This document shows positions 29,370 to 41,789 of a stretch of DNA of 64,000 bases, in pieces. Source of the stretch: Candidatus Nanopelagicales bacterium (GTDB taxonomy: Bacteria; Actinomycetota; Actinomycetes; S36-B12; UBA5976); assembly GCA_044341215.1 (NCBI GenBank), contig JBIISC010000002.1, positions 26,427 through 90,426 of the forward strand, read 5' to 3'. The notes beneath the pieces were generated by a model. The model was not told the origin of the DNA, made no database searches, and saw only the letters and a program-made list of their open reading frames with translations. Position numbers and translations under genes: made by a program. Numbering within the stretch: position 1 is the first letter of the stretch; each line of letters opens with the position of its first letter.

Positions 29370-30296
29370 TTACAAAGTTGCGGCAATACTGATGGCAATT
29401 CCATCCAAGATGTCTTGTTCGCTAACAACTATAGATTCAACTTGTAGTCGCTGAGCAATTCGATCCAGCACTAAAGCTCCGGCACCGATTACATCTACTC
29501 GACCTGGATGCATGTATGGAAGTGCTGCCCGTTTCTCGCGCGTCTTAGATAAGAATTTTTCAGCAGTTCGATGAATAGATTCGACTGAAATCACACTGCC
29601 ATGAATCGCATCTCGGTCGTATTTATCTAAGCCCAGGGCCATCGCTGCCACCGTAGTAACTGAGCCGGCAAGTCCAATGACTGTAACTGCCTTTTCTAGT
29701 GGCACAACTTCGGCTGCGAGAGAAATTGCATCTTCAATGTCTTTAGTGGCGGCCAAAATGCTTTCTGCACTAGGTGGGTCTTCACTTAAATGTCTTTCGG
29801 TCATTCGCACACACCCGATGTTTACTGAGCGAGCAAATTCTGGTTTGTCGTCGCCTAAAACAAATTCTGTGGACCCGCCACCGATGTCGATCACTAGATA
29901 AGGTCCAGGAAATTCTTTTGCCAATGCAAATGTGGCACCAGCAAAAGACAATTGCGCTTCCTCATCACCACTAATTACTTCAAGCTCGCATCCAATGCGG
30001 GCATTAACGCCTTGAGCAAACTCTTCACGATTCGAAACGTCGCGAGATGCTGAAGTGGCAATGAATCGAACTTTTGTTACTTCGTGCATTTTGATAAGTT
30101 CGGCATATTCATCGCAAGCTGCAAATACTCGAGTTAAAGCGGCTTCACTAAATTTTCCGGTCGCGTCAACGCCTTCACCAAGTCGCACAATAATCATTCG
30201 ACGAGTGATTTCGGTTAAAGTGCCATCTGCATCTACGCGTGAAATCAGTAACCGGATTGAGTTGGTGCCGCAATCAATTGCCGCAATGTTTGTCAT
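29370..30296 (-). CDS. Ppx/GppA family phosphatase
   Basis: AAIDCGTNSIRLL and DIGGGSTEF actin-like ATPase motifs. 308 aa. Confidence 0.9.
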   Translation of the reverse strand: MTNIAAIDCGTNSIRLLISRVDADGTLTEITRRMIIVRLGEGVDATGKFSEAALTRVFAACDEYAELIKMHEVTKVRFIATSASRDVSNREEFAQGVNARIGCELEVISGDEEAQLSFAGATFALAKEFPGPYLVIDIGGGSTEFVLGDDKPEFARSVNIGCVRMTERHLSEDPPSAESILAATKDIEDAISLAAEVVPLEKAVTVIGLAGSVTTVAAMALGLDKYDRDAIHGSVISVESIHRTAEKFLSKTREKRAALPYMHPGRVDVIGAGALVLDRIAQRLQVESIVVSEQDILDGIAISIAATL

Positions 30297-30787
30297 TCAG
30301 ATTCCCCGTTTACGCATGTTTGCTCGCCCCATTCGTCGAGCATTTCTAAAGCTAAATCACCGATCGGATTTACCCCTGGCCCTTTTGCCAGAGAGTGTCC
30401 TACCAAAACATGCAGACATTTCACTCGGTTTGGCATGCCGCCAGCTGAAATGTCTTCGATTTCCGCGACTTCACCGAGTTCTGCCCGATCTTGCAGGTAT
30501 GAAGTGTGCGCCTTTTCATAACTTGCTTGTAATTGCGGGTCCGATTTCAATTTTTCTTCAAGCTGTTTCATAACTCCGTCAGCTTCTAGGGTTCCAATGC
30601 GACTTGTGAGACGCGGACAGGTCACGTAATAAGTGGTTGGGAAAGGAGTGCCATTTTCAAGGCGCGGAAGAGTCTTGACCACATCAGGGTTGCCACATTT
30701 ACATCTGTGGGCAACTTCTACTACCCCACGGACTTCACGCCCGAGTTGCGCGCACATCGCATCGATGTCGCGTTGTTCTACCGCCAT
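30293..30787 (-). CDS. DUF501 domain protein
   Basis: Conserved position between ftsB-like and ppx. Motifs CKCGNP..V.T.PRL and YYVTCP. Confidence 0.75.
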   Translation of the reverse strand: MAVEQRDIDAMCAQLGREVRGVVEVAHRCKCGNPDVVKTLPRLENGTPFPTTYYVTCPRLTSRIGTLEADGVMKQLEEKLKSDPQLQASYEKAHTSYLQDRAELGEVAEIEDISAGGMPNRVKCLHVLVGHSLAKGPGVNPIGDLALEMLDEWGEQTCVNGESE

Positions 30788-31240
30788 TTATTTGCCGCCA
30801 ACATCTTCCAAGAGCGGAGGTGCAGTATCGGCAGCATCGTGCAGAGATGACCAAAGGGTTCGATACCAAACTGGGCGAACACCAACTTCGTTAGTTTGGT
30901 TTTGAACTACTGCCTGGGCTTCATCGGCTTCAAGCACGATATAACCCACCTCATTTGGCATTACATAATGCAAACGATTTCGAGCCTGGGCTTTTACATA
31001 TGCGGGGTCTTTCCAGCGTTCTACTTGATTTTGCAATTCAGCGATTCGAGCTTCATTGGCATCTTGTGCACTTTGTAAATCATTAATGCGAGAACTTTGA
31101 TCAAGATAATTTTTAAAAGGAATAGCCGTAGTGACAATTAAGATGAGAAATAATGCAATTAGAGAAATTGCGCGGCCGTTTAAAAAAGAGCGACGACCAG
31201 TCTCTCCGGTTGTAGAAGTTGCTGGTCGTCGCGATGTCAT
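30788..31240 (-). CDS. septum formation initiator family protein (FtsB/DivIC-like)
   Basis: N-terminal TM, then the coiled coil LQSAQDANEARIAELQNQVERWKDPAYV. Directly downstream of eno. Confidence 0.8.
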   Translation of the reverse strand: MTSRRPATSTTGETGRRSFLNGRAISLIALFLILIVTTAIPFKNYLDQSSRINDLQSAQDANEARIAELQNQVERWKDPAYVKAQARNRLHYVMPNEVGYIVLEADEAQAVVQNQTNEVGVRPVWYRTLWSSLHDAADTAPPLLEDVGGK

Positions 31241-31258
31241 GTGGTTATTTTGCAGGAT

Positions 31259-33248
<1,990 letters not shown>

Positions 33249-33250
33249 AA

Positions 33251-33862
33251 TTAGTTAGGCATTAATTCGATCTTGAGTTGGCGCAAATTCTGGGTTGAAT
33301 CACTTGGAGTGTCAACCAATCTGAACTGACTCAATACAAAGATTCCAAATCGTGGATTGACAGAAATATCCACCCGTTTTCCGTATTTGATTAAGAATTT
33401 CACGGCAGCGCTTGATTGGCTATCGGCATTTCCAGTCGGATCTAAAGCAATTCCGATTGCCTCAAAGTTTGCAGTGGTGCGAACGTTTGACCAGATCCCA
33501 GAACGTGGGATTGAGTTTTCTGCCGCTGTTTTAATAAAAGCTTTTTTGCCACCAAACATTGAAATGTAATTTCGCTTTACAGCTTGGATTTGTGCATCAG
33601 TTGCGGCAACTCCAATTTCTGTAGCGGCAAGTGTCACTAGTTCATCGACGACGTAAGCTGAAACTAAGTTCTTATGAATCTCTTTGTCTGAGCCAGGTTT
33701 CAAACTGCCATCAAGATCGGCAATAATTTCACTGAATTGATTGCCGATTGTGGTTACTGAGATTTCCTTACCTTCAACTATGGCAGCAGCGCCAGCGCTA
33801 TCAATCAAAGTACATGAGGTAAGACTCAACACAGCGACTAGAGCGACTAGAAACTTATTCAC
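33251..33862 (-). CDS. lipoprotein, SurA-N-terminal-like chaperone domain
   Basis: Lipobox LTSC. 203 aa. Sits between mfd and mazG. Confidence 0.6.
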   Translation of the reverse strand: MNKFLVALVAVLSLTSCTLIDSAGAAAIVEGKEISVTTIGNQFSEIIADLDGSLKPGSDKEIHKNLVSAYVVDELVTLAATEIGVAATDAQIQAVKRNYISMFGGKKAFIKTAAENSIPRSGIWSNVRTTANFEAIGIALDPTGNADSQSSAAVKFLIKYGKRVDISVNPRFGIFVLSQFRLVDTPSDSTQNLRQLKIELMPN

Positions 33863-33870
33863 AATATCTC

Positions 33871-36800
33871 CTACACAATACTTGCTGTAAATGCGTTAAT
33901 CACTTGGCTGACCCATTCGAGTAACTCAGTGTCGGTTTGTTCATCCGGACGAGGCACTGAAATAGTTCCAGACGAAGTCTTGATGAGTGTACGTGGGTAA
34001 AGTCTAGAAATCCGCAGTTGCTTGCTCTCAGGCAGGACTATGTTGGCGAATCTGACACTTGTCGGACCCGCAATTACTTCGCGCAAACCAGCTGCCCTTG
34101 CGACCTGTCGAAGCCTGGCCACCTGCATCAAAGTCTGAACCGGCTCAGGCAAAACTCCGTACCGATCTAACATTTCAGCTTCCACCTCAGCAATATCAGC
34201 ATCAGATTGGCAAACTGCAATTCGTTTATACATTTCTAGGCGCAAACGCTCGGCTTGGACATAATCGTGCGGGAGATATGCGTTGAGAGGTAGTTCAAGA
34301 CGCATTTCATCATTGGTCTCTTTAGATTCTCCCTTGTATTCCGCCAATGCTTCACCTACTAGTCGAACGTAAAGATCAAAACCAACGTCGGCAATATGTC
34401 CACTTTGTTCGCCACCGAGTAAGTTGCCAGCACCTCGAATTTCAAGGTCCTTCATGGCAACTTGAATTCCACTTCCCAAATCAGTGTGTTGCGCAATTGT
34501 GGTGAGCCGTTCGTGTGCGGTTTCAGTTAAAGGTTTATCCGCTGGATACAGGAAGTACGCGTAGGCACGTTCGCGACCTCGGCCAACCCGGCCACGCAAT
34601 TGATGTAGCTGCGACAAACCGAATGCGTCTGCCCGTTCGATGATAAGAGTGTTTGCATTTGGAATATCTAAACCACTTTCAACAATGGTGGTTGAAACCA
34701 ATACATCAAATTTCTTTTCCCAAAAATCAATTATTATCTGTTCAAGCTGGTGCTCATTCATCTGCCCGTGAGCAACCGCGATGCGGGCCTCGGGCACTAA
34801 AGATTGCAACTTAGTTGCAGCTTGTTGAATTGAACTAACGCGATTGTGAACATAAAAAACTTGGCCATCTCGCAAAAGCTCGCGGCGAATGGCTGCAGCC
34901 ACTTGCTTGTTGTCATTTTGCCCAACAAAAGTCAAAATTGGATGACGTTGTTCGGGCGGAGTTGTAATCGTTGACATTTCCCTGATGCCGGTAAGGCTCA
35001 TTTCCAAGGTGCGAGGAATCGGGGTGGCAGAAATCGTTAAAACGTCAACATTTGTCCGAATTGCCTTTAAATGTTCTTTATGTTCAACCCCGAAGCGCTG
35101 TTCTTCATCAACAATAACTAAACCCAAATCTTTGAACTTCACATCGCGACTAAATAGTCGGTGCGTGCCAATCACGATATCTACCGCACCAGAAGTCATA
35201 TCTTGCAAAACCTTCTTAGTTTCCGTTTCGGTTTGGAAACGAGATAGAGCGGCAAGGTTTACTGGGAATTGTGCGTAACGATCTTTGAATGTGTTGAAGT
35301 GTTGCTGCACCAAAAGCGTAGTTGGAACCAAGATGGCGACCTGTTTTCCGTCTTGAACTGCTTTAAATGCAGCGCGGACTGCAATCTCAGTCTTTCCGTA
35401 ACCCACATCGCCACAAATCACTCGATCCATTGGAACGGTTCGTTCCATGTCTCGCTTAACTTCGTCAATCACAGTTAGTTGATCTGGAGTTTCGTTATAG
35501 GCAAAAGCGTCTTCGAGTTCTTTTTGCCAAATAGTGTCTGGTGAAAATGCATATCCAACAGCTGCATTTCTAGCTGCATAAAGTTTGATTAGTTCATGAG
35601 CAATTTGTCGAACCGCTTTACGGGCTCGAGTTTTGGTAAGTGCCCAGTCAGATCCACCAAGTCGGTGCAGGGTTGGAGTCTCACCACCAACATATTTGCT
35701 GATTAGATCAAGTTGTTCAGTTGGCACATATAGAACGTCAACTGGTTGACCCTTTTTTGCAGGTGAATATTCGAGTACTAAGTACTCTCTTGTGGCATTA
35801 CCAATAGTGCGCTGCTCCATCGCCCGGTATCGGCCCACACCGTGTTGTTCGTGAACAATGAAGTCACCCACCTTGAGCGTTAACGGGTCAATTGCTCGCT
35901 TGCGACGAGATGGCATTTTGACCACATCGCGCATCGAGCCATGTTGACCTGAAATATCTTCATCGGTGATAAATAAAAATCCAGGAGCCACAAACCCGTG
36001 TAATTGATTCGCCTGGATAACTTGCACTGATGCGGAAGTGAGCTTTGAAGTGTCTTCCGCTAAACGTGCGACGATGTCTTTTGAGCCAAGAGCTTCCACA
36101 ATCCGTTTTGCTGAACCGTGACCTTGGGCAGAAATCAAAACCGGCTTTTTGTTCTTTATGTTTTTTTGGACGTCGTCGATAAAGTTATCAAAATTTCCTC
36201 GGTAATTTGGTGCGACGGAAATATCAAGATTGATTACATCCGTCAGCTCTGCATCTGCGCTAAACGGAGAAATCCCCCACCAGTTGATTTTTCGATTCTT
36301 CGCAATGTCATGCAGTTGCTGCAAATCTCGGTAACTGGTTTCTCCCAAGTCAATTGGAGTCTTGTTGCCAGCTGCGGCGTTTAACCACGATGCTTCTAAA
36401 AATTCCTGACTGGTAGCAACTAAGTCATGGGTGCGGGTGCGAATACGCTCAGGATCGCAGCCAATAATCAGCGCATCCTTTGGCAATAAATCTATTAGCG
36501 TTTCAATTCCTTGGGCCAAGACTGGACTCAACGACTCAATTCCCTCGACATAAATACCTTGGGAAACCTTTTCGAAAACTTCAGCTAACTCTGGGTATTT
36601 GGAAAGAAGTTGTTCGGCTCTTTGTTTGACCTCATCAGTAATCAACAATTCTCTGCAAGGTGGGGCAAATAAACCATTTTCTGCTTCACCTAGAGAACGT
36701 TGATCGATGACTGCGAAATAACGAATTTCCTCAATTTCATCGCCAAAGAATTCAACTCGAATTGGGTGTTCTTCTGACGATGGGAAAACATCAACTAGCC

Positions 36801-37350
36801 CACCTCGCACCGCAAATTCCCCACGTCTTTCAACAAGGTCAACTTTGTTATATCCAATATTGAAAAGATTTTTGGCTAGTGCTGAGATTTCAATTTCATC
36901 ACCAAGTTTTATTGCAACTGGTTCAGTATCGGCAATTGACTTAATTAGTGGTTGCAAGACTGCACGAACTGAAGCAACTAATACTTTGATTTCAGTTTGA
37001 CGATCTTTCTTTGCATGCACAAGTCTGCGAATTACTGCAAGGCGTCTGCCAATTACATCTGTGGATGGGGAAAGTCTTTCATGAGGCAGAGTTTCCCAAG
37101 GAACAAATTCAACAACTGAATCCGTATCTAGAAATGATTGCAATTCCAATGTTAATTCTTCGGCTTCTCGACTAGTGGCCGTGATTGCTAAAACTGTTCT
37201 TTCGCTGGCTAAATCTGCAATTAGCGCGGAGCGAATAGCCCGCGGCCCCGATACTTCGCCTTCAGCTATTTGCAGTATCTGTTTGGTTGCGTCCTGCCAA
37301 GAAGGTATGGAATTTAGACTTGTCAGGAGTCCCGACAAACTCTTTTGCAT
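33871..37350 (-). CDS. mfd: transcription-repair coupling factor
   Basis: 1159 aa. Helicase motifs GDVGYGKTE and DEEQRFG, CarD-like domain (GDFIVHEQHGVGRY), TRCF C-terminal domain. Confidence 0.97.
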   Translation of the reverse strand: MQKSLSGLLTSLNSIPSWQDATKQILQIAEGEVSGPRAIRSALIADLASERTVLAITATSREAEELTLELQSFLDTDSVVEFVPWETLPHERLSPSTDVIGRRLAVIRRLVHAKKDRQTEIKVLVASVRAVLQPLIKSIADTEPVAIKLGDEIEISALAKNLFNIGYNKVDLVERRGEFAVRGGLVDVFPSSEEHPIRVEFFGDEIEEIRYFAVIDQRSLGEAENGLFAPPCRELLITDEVKQRAEQLLSKYPELAEVFEKVSQGIYVEGIESLSPVLAQGIETLIDLLPKDALIIGCDPERIRTRTHDLVATSQEFLEASWLNAAAGNKTPIDLGETSYRDLQQLHDIAKNRKINWWGISPFSADAELTDVINLDISVAPNYRGNFDNFIDDVQKNIKNKKPVLISAQGHGSAKRIVEALGSKDIVARLAEDTSKLTSASVQVIQANQLHGFVAPGFLFITDEDISGQHGSMRDVVKMPSRRKRAIDPLTLKVGDFIVHEQHGVGRYRAMEQRTIGNATREYLVLEYSPAKKGQPVDVLYVPTEQLDLISKYVGGETPTLHRLGGSDWALTKTRARKAVRQIAHELIKLYAARNAAVGYAFSPDTIWQKELEDAFAYNETPDQLTVIDEVKRDMERTVPMDRVICGDVGYGKTEIAVRAAFKAVQDGKQVAILVPTTLLVQQHFNTFKDRYAQFPVNLAALSRFQTETETKKVLQDMTSGAVDIVIGTHRLFSRDVKFKDLGLVIVDEEQRFGVEHKEHLKAIRTNVDVLTISATPIPRTLEMSLTGIREMSTITTPPEQRHPILTFVGQNDNKQVAAAIRRELLRDGQVFYVHNRVSSIQQAATKLQSLVPEARIAVAHGQMNEHQLEQIIIDFWEKKFDVLVSTTIVESGLDIPNANTLIIERADAFGLSQLHQLRGRVGRGRERAYAYFLYPADKPLTETAHERLTTIAQHTDLGSGIQVAMKDLEIRGAGNLLGGEQSGHIADVGFDLYVRLVGEALAEYKGESKETNDEMRLELPLNAYLPHDYVQAERLRLEMYKRIAVCQSDADIAEVEAEMLDRYGVLPEPVQTLMQVARLRQVARAAGLREVIAGPTSVRFANIVLPESKQLRISRLYPRTLIKTSSGTISVPRPDEQTDTELLEWVSQVINAFTASIV

Positions 37351-37355
37351 TATTC

Positions 37356-38147
37356 CTACCGATTCTTCAAAACCTCAAGCACCATTGCTTGATGATGTGG
37401 CCAGGTTGCCACATAGGACGCAGTCTTAGGTGGCATTCGATTAAACACCAAATCCAGACCTTCCATGTCTGTGACAGCAAGACCCTGATGTAATCCGATA
37501 GCGGTTGGAGCAGCTGAATCCCACTCGTTGAATCCAGCGCTACTGACATAGAGGTCTGCGCGTCCAGTTAAAACTCGATCCACCTTGCCACCAACAGAAC
37601 CACAGTTAGCGATTTCAACTCCCGTATATCCGAGGGCTTCAACTTTTGGCATAAGACCAAGTTTTAACATTCCAAGCAAATCTTTGTTTTCACGAGGCGA
37701 TGCAATAATCACAAATGGACGCGCTTGGATTTCGCGAACTTTTACAGACTTAACTTCAGTTGTGGTCCAAGCAAATTTATGTTCTGGCAAAACAACTGCG
37801 CCGGCAATCAATTTCTTTTCGGAACTGCTCCAAAGTGCAACATGAATAGCACACTCTGGTAGGGAACGTGCATATTCATATGTGCCATCAACTGGATCAA
37901 TTATCCAAACTCGATCAGCCGATAACCGGTGGTCTGAATCTGCAGATTCCTCAGATAGCACTGCGTCGGCTGGACGATGAACTGCAAGTTGTTCAATTAA
38001 ATAATCATTTGCAGCTAAATCTGCTTTTACTGCTAATTCTTTTGCAGCCTTTTCGTCTAACGGATCGATATTTGCCGAAGTGCGAATCTTGATAACAATT
38101 TCGCCGGCACGAGTGGCAATTTCAAGGGCTAGTTCATGATCATTCAT
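37356..38147 (-). CDS. inositol monophosphatase / CysQ family phosphatase
   Basis: WIIDPVDGT and WDSAAP metal-binding motifs. 263 aa. Confidence 0.82.
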   Translation of the reverse strand: MNDHELALEIATRAGEIVIKIRTSANIDPLDEKAAKELAVKADLAANDYLIEQLAVHRPADAVLSEESADSDHRLSADRVWIIDPVDGTYEYARSLPECAIHVALWSSSEKKLIAGAVVLPEHKFAWTTTEVKSVKVREIQARPFVIIASPRENKDLLGMLKLGLMPKVEALGYTGVEIANCGSVGGKVDRVLTGRADLYVSSAGFNEWDSAAPTAIGLHQGLAVTDMEGLDLVFNRMPPKTASYVATWPHHQAMVLEVLKNR

Positions 38148-38719
38148 TTGTTATACCTATTCTGCGCTTCATCTAGACCTTTAGTAATTAAAACTTCGAT
38201 TGCGTCACAAACTTCTTCATTGAATATTGCTAATTCTTTGGTTTCAGCACTTGCAAATGGCTTTAAAACATAAGCAGCTGGGTCCATCTGACCTGGCGGG
38301 CGTCCTATGCCTAAACGAACTCGTAGCCAATCGCCAGTGTCGGTTGCAGATCGAATACTGCGTAAACCATTGTGGCCATTGTCGCCACCACCTAGCTTTA
38401 TTCGAATAGTTGCAAAATCAATATCCAGCTCATCGTGCAAAACAATCAACTTATCAGTTTCAATCTTGTAAAAATTCATCAATGCTTTTACCGCAGCACC
38501 CGATTGATTCATATAAGTCTGAGGGAAAACTAAAATCACTCGGTCATCTGCAAAGCGACCTTCGGCAACAAAAGCTTGGGCTTTTTTGTGGCGAGTGAAT
38601 TTCAAACCAAGACGTGCAGCCCAAACTTCTAATGCGATTGCACCAATGTTGTGTCGGGTTTTCACATATTCAGGACCAGGATTGCCAAGTCCAACAACTA
38701 GCCAAACCGAGTCAGACAT
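38144..38719 (-). CDS. pth: peptidyl-tRNA hydrolase
   Basis: LVVGLGNPGPEY..TRHNIG and GGGDNGHNGLRS. Confidence 0.96.
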   Translation of the reverse strand: MSDSVWLVVGLGNPGPEYVKTRHNIGAIALEVWAARLGLKFTRHKKAQAFVAEGRFADDRVILVFPQTYMNQSGAAVKALMNFYKIETDKLIVLHDELDIDFATIRIKLGGGDNGHNGLRSIRSATDTGDWLRVRLGIGRPPGQMDPAAYVLKPFASAETKELAIFNEEVCDAIEVLITKGLDEAQNRYNK

Positions 38720-38751
38720 CGCACTTCCTTTCTCCTTCGGAAAACCCTACG

Positions 38752-38791
38752 AAAAAACCGCGCCTCAACTTATTGAGACGCGGTCTTTTTT
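38752..38791 (-). terminator. rho-independent terminator after rplY (bidirectional geometry)
   Basis: In minus sense: GACCGCGUCUCAA-UAAG-UUGAGGCGCGGU followed by UUUUUU. 12-bp stem with one G-U pair. Confidence 0.7.
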
Positions 38792-38796
38792 AAAAC

Positions 38797-39114
38797 TTAT
38801 TTCGAACGAGCTGCTGCGTCGGCTGCGCTGAGAACTACCAAATCGATGTGCTCAAGGATTTGAGTCACTGGATCGCGTTGGATATCGCGCGGAGCAACAA
38901 CTTGGTTTTTGCCGGCGCCAGTAACTTCAATTACATTCTTGGCGTCACGAAGGATGAGCGCAAGTTCTTTTGCGTCAATCGCAACGTGAATTAATTCGGT
39001 ACCTTGACCGTAAATAACTGCTGGGACTTTGCCGTCCTGACGTAGGCGACGGGCAGCACCTTTACCGAAGTCGCTTCGTGGGCTCGCTTCGATGGATACC
39101 TTTGGCACGGTCAT
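38797..39114 (-). CDS. rplY: 50S ribosomal protein L25, short form (no CTC C-terminal domain)
   Basis: RSDFGKGAARRLRQDGKVPAVIYG N-terminal L25 domain. Only 105 aa. AGGAG SD. Confidence 0.88.
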   Translation of the reverse strand: MTVPKVSIEASPRSDFGKGAARRLRQDGKVPAVIYGQGTELIHVAIDAKELALILRDAKNVIEVTGAGKNQVVAPRDIQRDPVTQILEHIDLVVLSAADAAARSK

Positions 39115-39215
39115 GCTCCTGAAATACTCGGGTTTTGCGCACCATGGCGTGGACGTTGACAGTCCTTCGTCGATGACGGTCTTAGACCCTCGCCGTGGAA
39201 CAGGCGAAGTATGCC

Positions 39216-39235
39216 AAACCCCAAATTTGGGGTTT
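39216..39235. terminator. 20-bp perfect palindrome AAACCCCAAATTTGGGGTTT downstream of prs
   Basis: Read directly. It could form an A/U-flanked hairpin in either direction. There is no clean U-tract beyond the stem. Confidence 0.35.
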
Positions 39236-39245
39236 TAGGTGGGGT

Positions 39246-40217
39246 CTAATTATCAAAAAGGGATGTAACTGAGCCCTCAGTGAAGACCTCATTAATTGCG
39301 GTGGCAAGTAGTGGGGCAATCGACAAGATTTCAAGTTTGTCGAACTTGCGGTCCTCTGGAATCGGCAATGAGTCGGTTACGAGCACCTTTGAGATTCTAG
39401 ATTCACTCATGCGTTGCTTGGCTGGGTCAGAGAAGATTCCGTGAGTGGCGGCAACTATGACATCACTCGCACCAGCTTCAAACAATGTCTCAGCAGCCTT
39501 AGCGATTGTTCCACCAGTGTCGATCATGTCGTCCACGATTACACAGATGCGGCCATCTACGTCACCAACTACTTCAAACATCTTCACTTGGTTTGGGACA
39601 TCTGGATCTCGGCGCTTGTGAATAATCGCTAATGGTGCGCCAAGAATGTCGGTCCACTTTTCAGCAACTCGAACGCGGCCAGCATCTGGAGAGACAACAG
39701 TAATTTTTGATGTATCAACTGTGTTCTTTATGTAGCTCGCCATAAGTGGCAATGCAAACAAGTGGTCAACCGGACCATCAAAGAAACCTTGAATCTGAGC
39801 TGTGTGAAGATCCACAACCATCATGCGATCAGCGCCAGCCTGCTTAAACAAATCTGCTAACAAACGGGAAGTAATAGGTTCGCGTCCGCGATGTTTTTTA
39901 TCTTGGCGTGCATACCCGAGAAATGGCGCAATTATCGTGATTCTTTTTGCAGAAGCGCGCTTTAATGCATCAACCATAATCAACTGTTCCATAATCCATT
40001 TGTTGATTGGCTCACTGTGAGTTTGGATTACGAATGCATCGCAACCTCGAACAGATTCTTCGAAACGAACAAAGATCTCACCATTCGCAAAATCGTAAGC
40101 AGTGGTTGGAACAACTTCAGTATTTAAAGCTTTTGCAACATCGTGGGCAAGCACAGGATGTGATCGACCTGCGAACAACATTAGTTTCTTGCTCGGTGAT
40201 GCTTGGATTCCAGTCAC
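39246..40217 (-). CDS. prs: ribose-phosphate pyrophosphokinase
   Basis: PRPP-binding loop VIVDDMIDTGGT and YARQDKK. The GTG start overlaps the glmU stop. Confidence 0.96.
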   Translation of the reverse strand: MTGIQASPSKKLMLFAGRSHPVLAHDVAKALNTEVVPTTAYDFANGEIFVRFEESVRGCDAFVIQTHSEPINKWIMEQLIMVDALKRASAKRITIIAPFLGYARQDKKHRGREPITSRLLADLFKQAGADRMMVVDLHTAQIQGFFDGPVDHLFALPLMASYIKNTVDTSKITVVSPDAGRVRVAEKWTDILGAPLAIIHKRRDPDVPNQVKMFEVVGDVDGRICVIVDDMIDTGGTIAKAAETLFEAGASDVIVAATHGIFSDPAKQRMSESRISKVLVTDSLPIPEDRKFDKLEILSIAPLLATAINEVFTEGSVTSLFDN

Positions 40218-41659
40218 TATTTCTCCGTTTCGATTTTTTCGTTTGCTTTTGTTGCTGCAATGTCAGAGGTTGAGCCTGCGCGCTTCATCCGAACCCAGCC
40301 AAGAATGTTTCGTTGTTTTGCTCGGCCCACTGCAATCGAACCAGCAGGCACATCTTCAGTTATCACACTGCCGGCTGCGGTATATGCGCCATCGCCGATA
40401 GTGACTGGCGCAACGAGCATGGTGTCAGAACCGATTCTAACTGCGTCACCAACGACAGTGTGGTGCTTCTTAACGCCGTCGTAGTTGACGAAAATTGTGG
40501 CAGCACCAATGTTTGAACCTTCACCAATTGTGGCGTCGCCAACATATGAAAGATGTGGAACTTTGGATCCAGCACCAATAATTGCGTTTTTAACTTCAAC
40601 GTATGCGCCGACCTTTGAACCTTTGTGCAACTCGCTGCCAGGACGCAAGTAACTAAACGGACCAACTTGGGCGCGAACTCCAATATGGGAATCGTTTGCA
40701 TATGTGCGGGTGATGATTGCACCTTCATCTACTGTGCAATCAACCAAAGTTACATCCGGGCCAATTTGTGCATCTTCACCAATCGCTGTTTTACCTTGCA
40801 AATAAGTAGAAGGTTGGATCACAACGTCGCGGGCGATCACTACATCTGATTCAATCCATGTGGTCGCTGAGTCAATTATTGTGACGCCTTCTTGCATCCA
40901 TACATCATTGATTCGATTGCGCATAATCTCTGTGCACTGAGCTAATTGCTTTCGATCATTAACCCCAAGGATCTCAGTTTCATCAACCACGCTTACGCCG
41001 ATTACTGCTTTTCCATCTCCATGCAAAATCTTGATTACATCCGTTAGGTATTGCTCACCTTGGGAATTGTCTTTGGTGACTTTCTTCAACGCTGCTTCTA
41101 GAAGTTTGCGATTAAAGACGTAAATACCCGAGTTGATTTCGGTAATAGATTTTTGTTCGGGATTTGCATCTTTTTCTTCAATAATTCCAATTACCGCCGA
41201 AGACTTGTCGCGAATGATTCGACCATAGCCAAAGGCTTGTGAAACTTTAGCTGTCAAAATTGTGGCGGCAGCATTTGCATCAATATGTGTTTGCCACAGA
41301 ATCCGAAGTGCTGCACCAGTCAGCAATGGTGTGTCTCCATACAAAACCATTACGTTGTCAGAGTCTGAAATTGCTTTTTGATTTTCAAGTGCAATTGCCA
41401 CCGCATGACCAGTGCCATTACGTGAAGATTGTTCAACTTTTAATACTGCTGGCTGATTTTCAGTTAACCAAGCTTCAACTTGTTCGCGGCCACTACCAGT
41501 AACCACCAAGATTTTGTTTGGTTCTAATTGCCACGCTGCATTTATGACATGTCCGAGAATTGGTCGGCCGAGAATTGGGTGAAGAACTTTTGGAAGTTTG
41601 GATCTCATTCGAGTTCCTTCACCGGCGGCTAGAACCAGCACGAGTGATGGAGTTGACAC
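40217..41659 (-). CDS. glmU: bifunctional UDP-N-acetylglucosamine pyrophosphorylase / GlcN-1-P acetyltransferase
   Basis: LAAGEGTRMRS plus C-terminal left-handed beta-helix hexapeptide repeats. Start set to GTG 41659, 5 nt after GGAGGA. The ORF-track start at 41833 reads through the tRNA gene. Confidence 0.95.
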   Translation of the reverse strand: MSTPSLVLVLAAGEGTRMRSKLPKVLHPILGRPILGHVINAAWQLEPNKILVVTGSGREQVEAWLTENQPAVLKVEQSSRNGTGHAVAIALENQKAISDSDNVMVLYGDTPLLTGAALRILWQTHIDANAAATILTAKVSQAFGYGRIIRDKSSAVIGIIEEKDANPEQKSITEINSGIYVFNRKLLEAALKKVTKDNSQGEQYLTDVIKILHGDGKAVIGVSVVDETEILGVNDRKQLAQCTEIMRNRINDVWMQEGVTIIDSATTWIESDVVIARDVVIQPSTYLQGKTAIGEDAQIGPDVTLVDCTVDEGAIITRTYANDSHIGVRAQVGPFSYLRPGSELHKGSKVGAYVEVKNAIIGAGSKVPHLSYVGDATIGEGSNIGAATIFVNYDGVKKHHTVVGDAVRIGSDTMLVAPVTIGDGAYTAAGSVITEDVPAGSIAVGRAKQRNILGWVRMKRAGSTSDIAATKANEKIETEK

Positions 41660-41718
41660 GAATTTCCTCCCAAGAGACAGGGCAAACCTTATCCTGAGTG
41701 AGACTCTAAATGGGAATG

Positions 41719-41789
41719 CTCCCCGTCGAGGATTCGAACCTCGCCATACGCCTCCAAAGGGCGTTGTGCTGCCGCTACACCAACAGGGA
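41719..41789 (-). tRNA. tRNA-Gln (anticodon UUG)
   Basis: Folded by hand. Acceptor TCCCTGT/ACGGGGA. Anticodon stem ACGCC/GGCGT with loop CTTTGGA. T-arm CGAGG-TTCGAAT-CCTCG. 71 nt, CCA not encoded. Confidence 0.9.
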
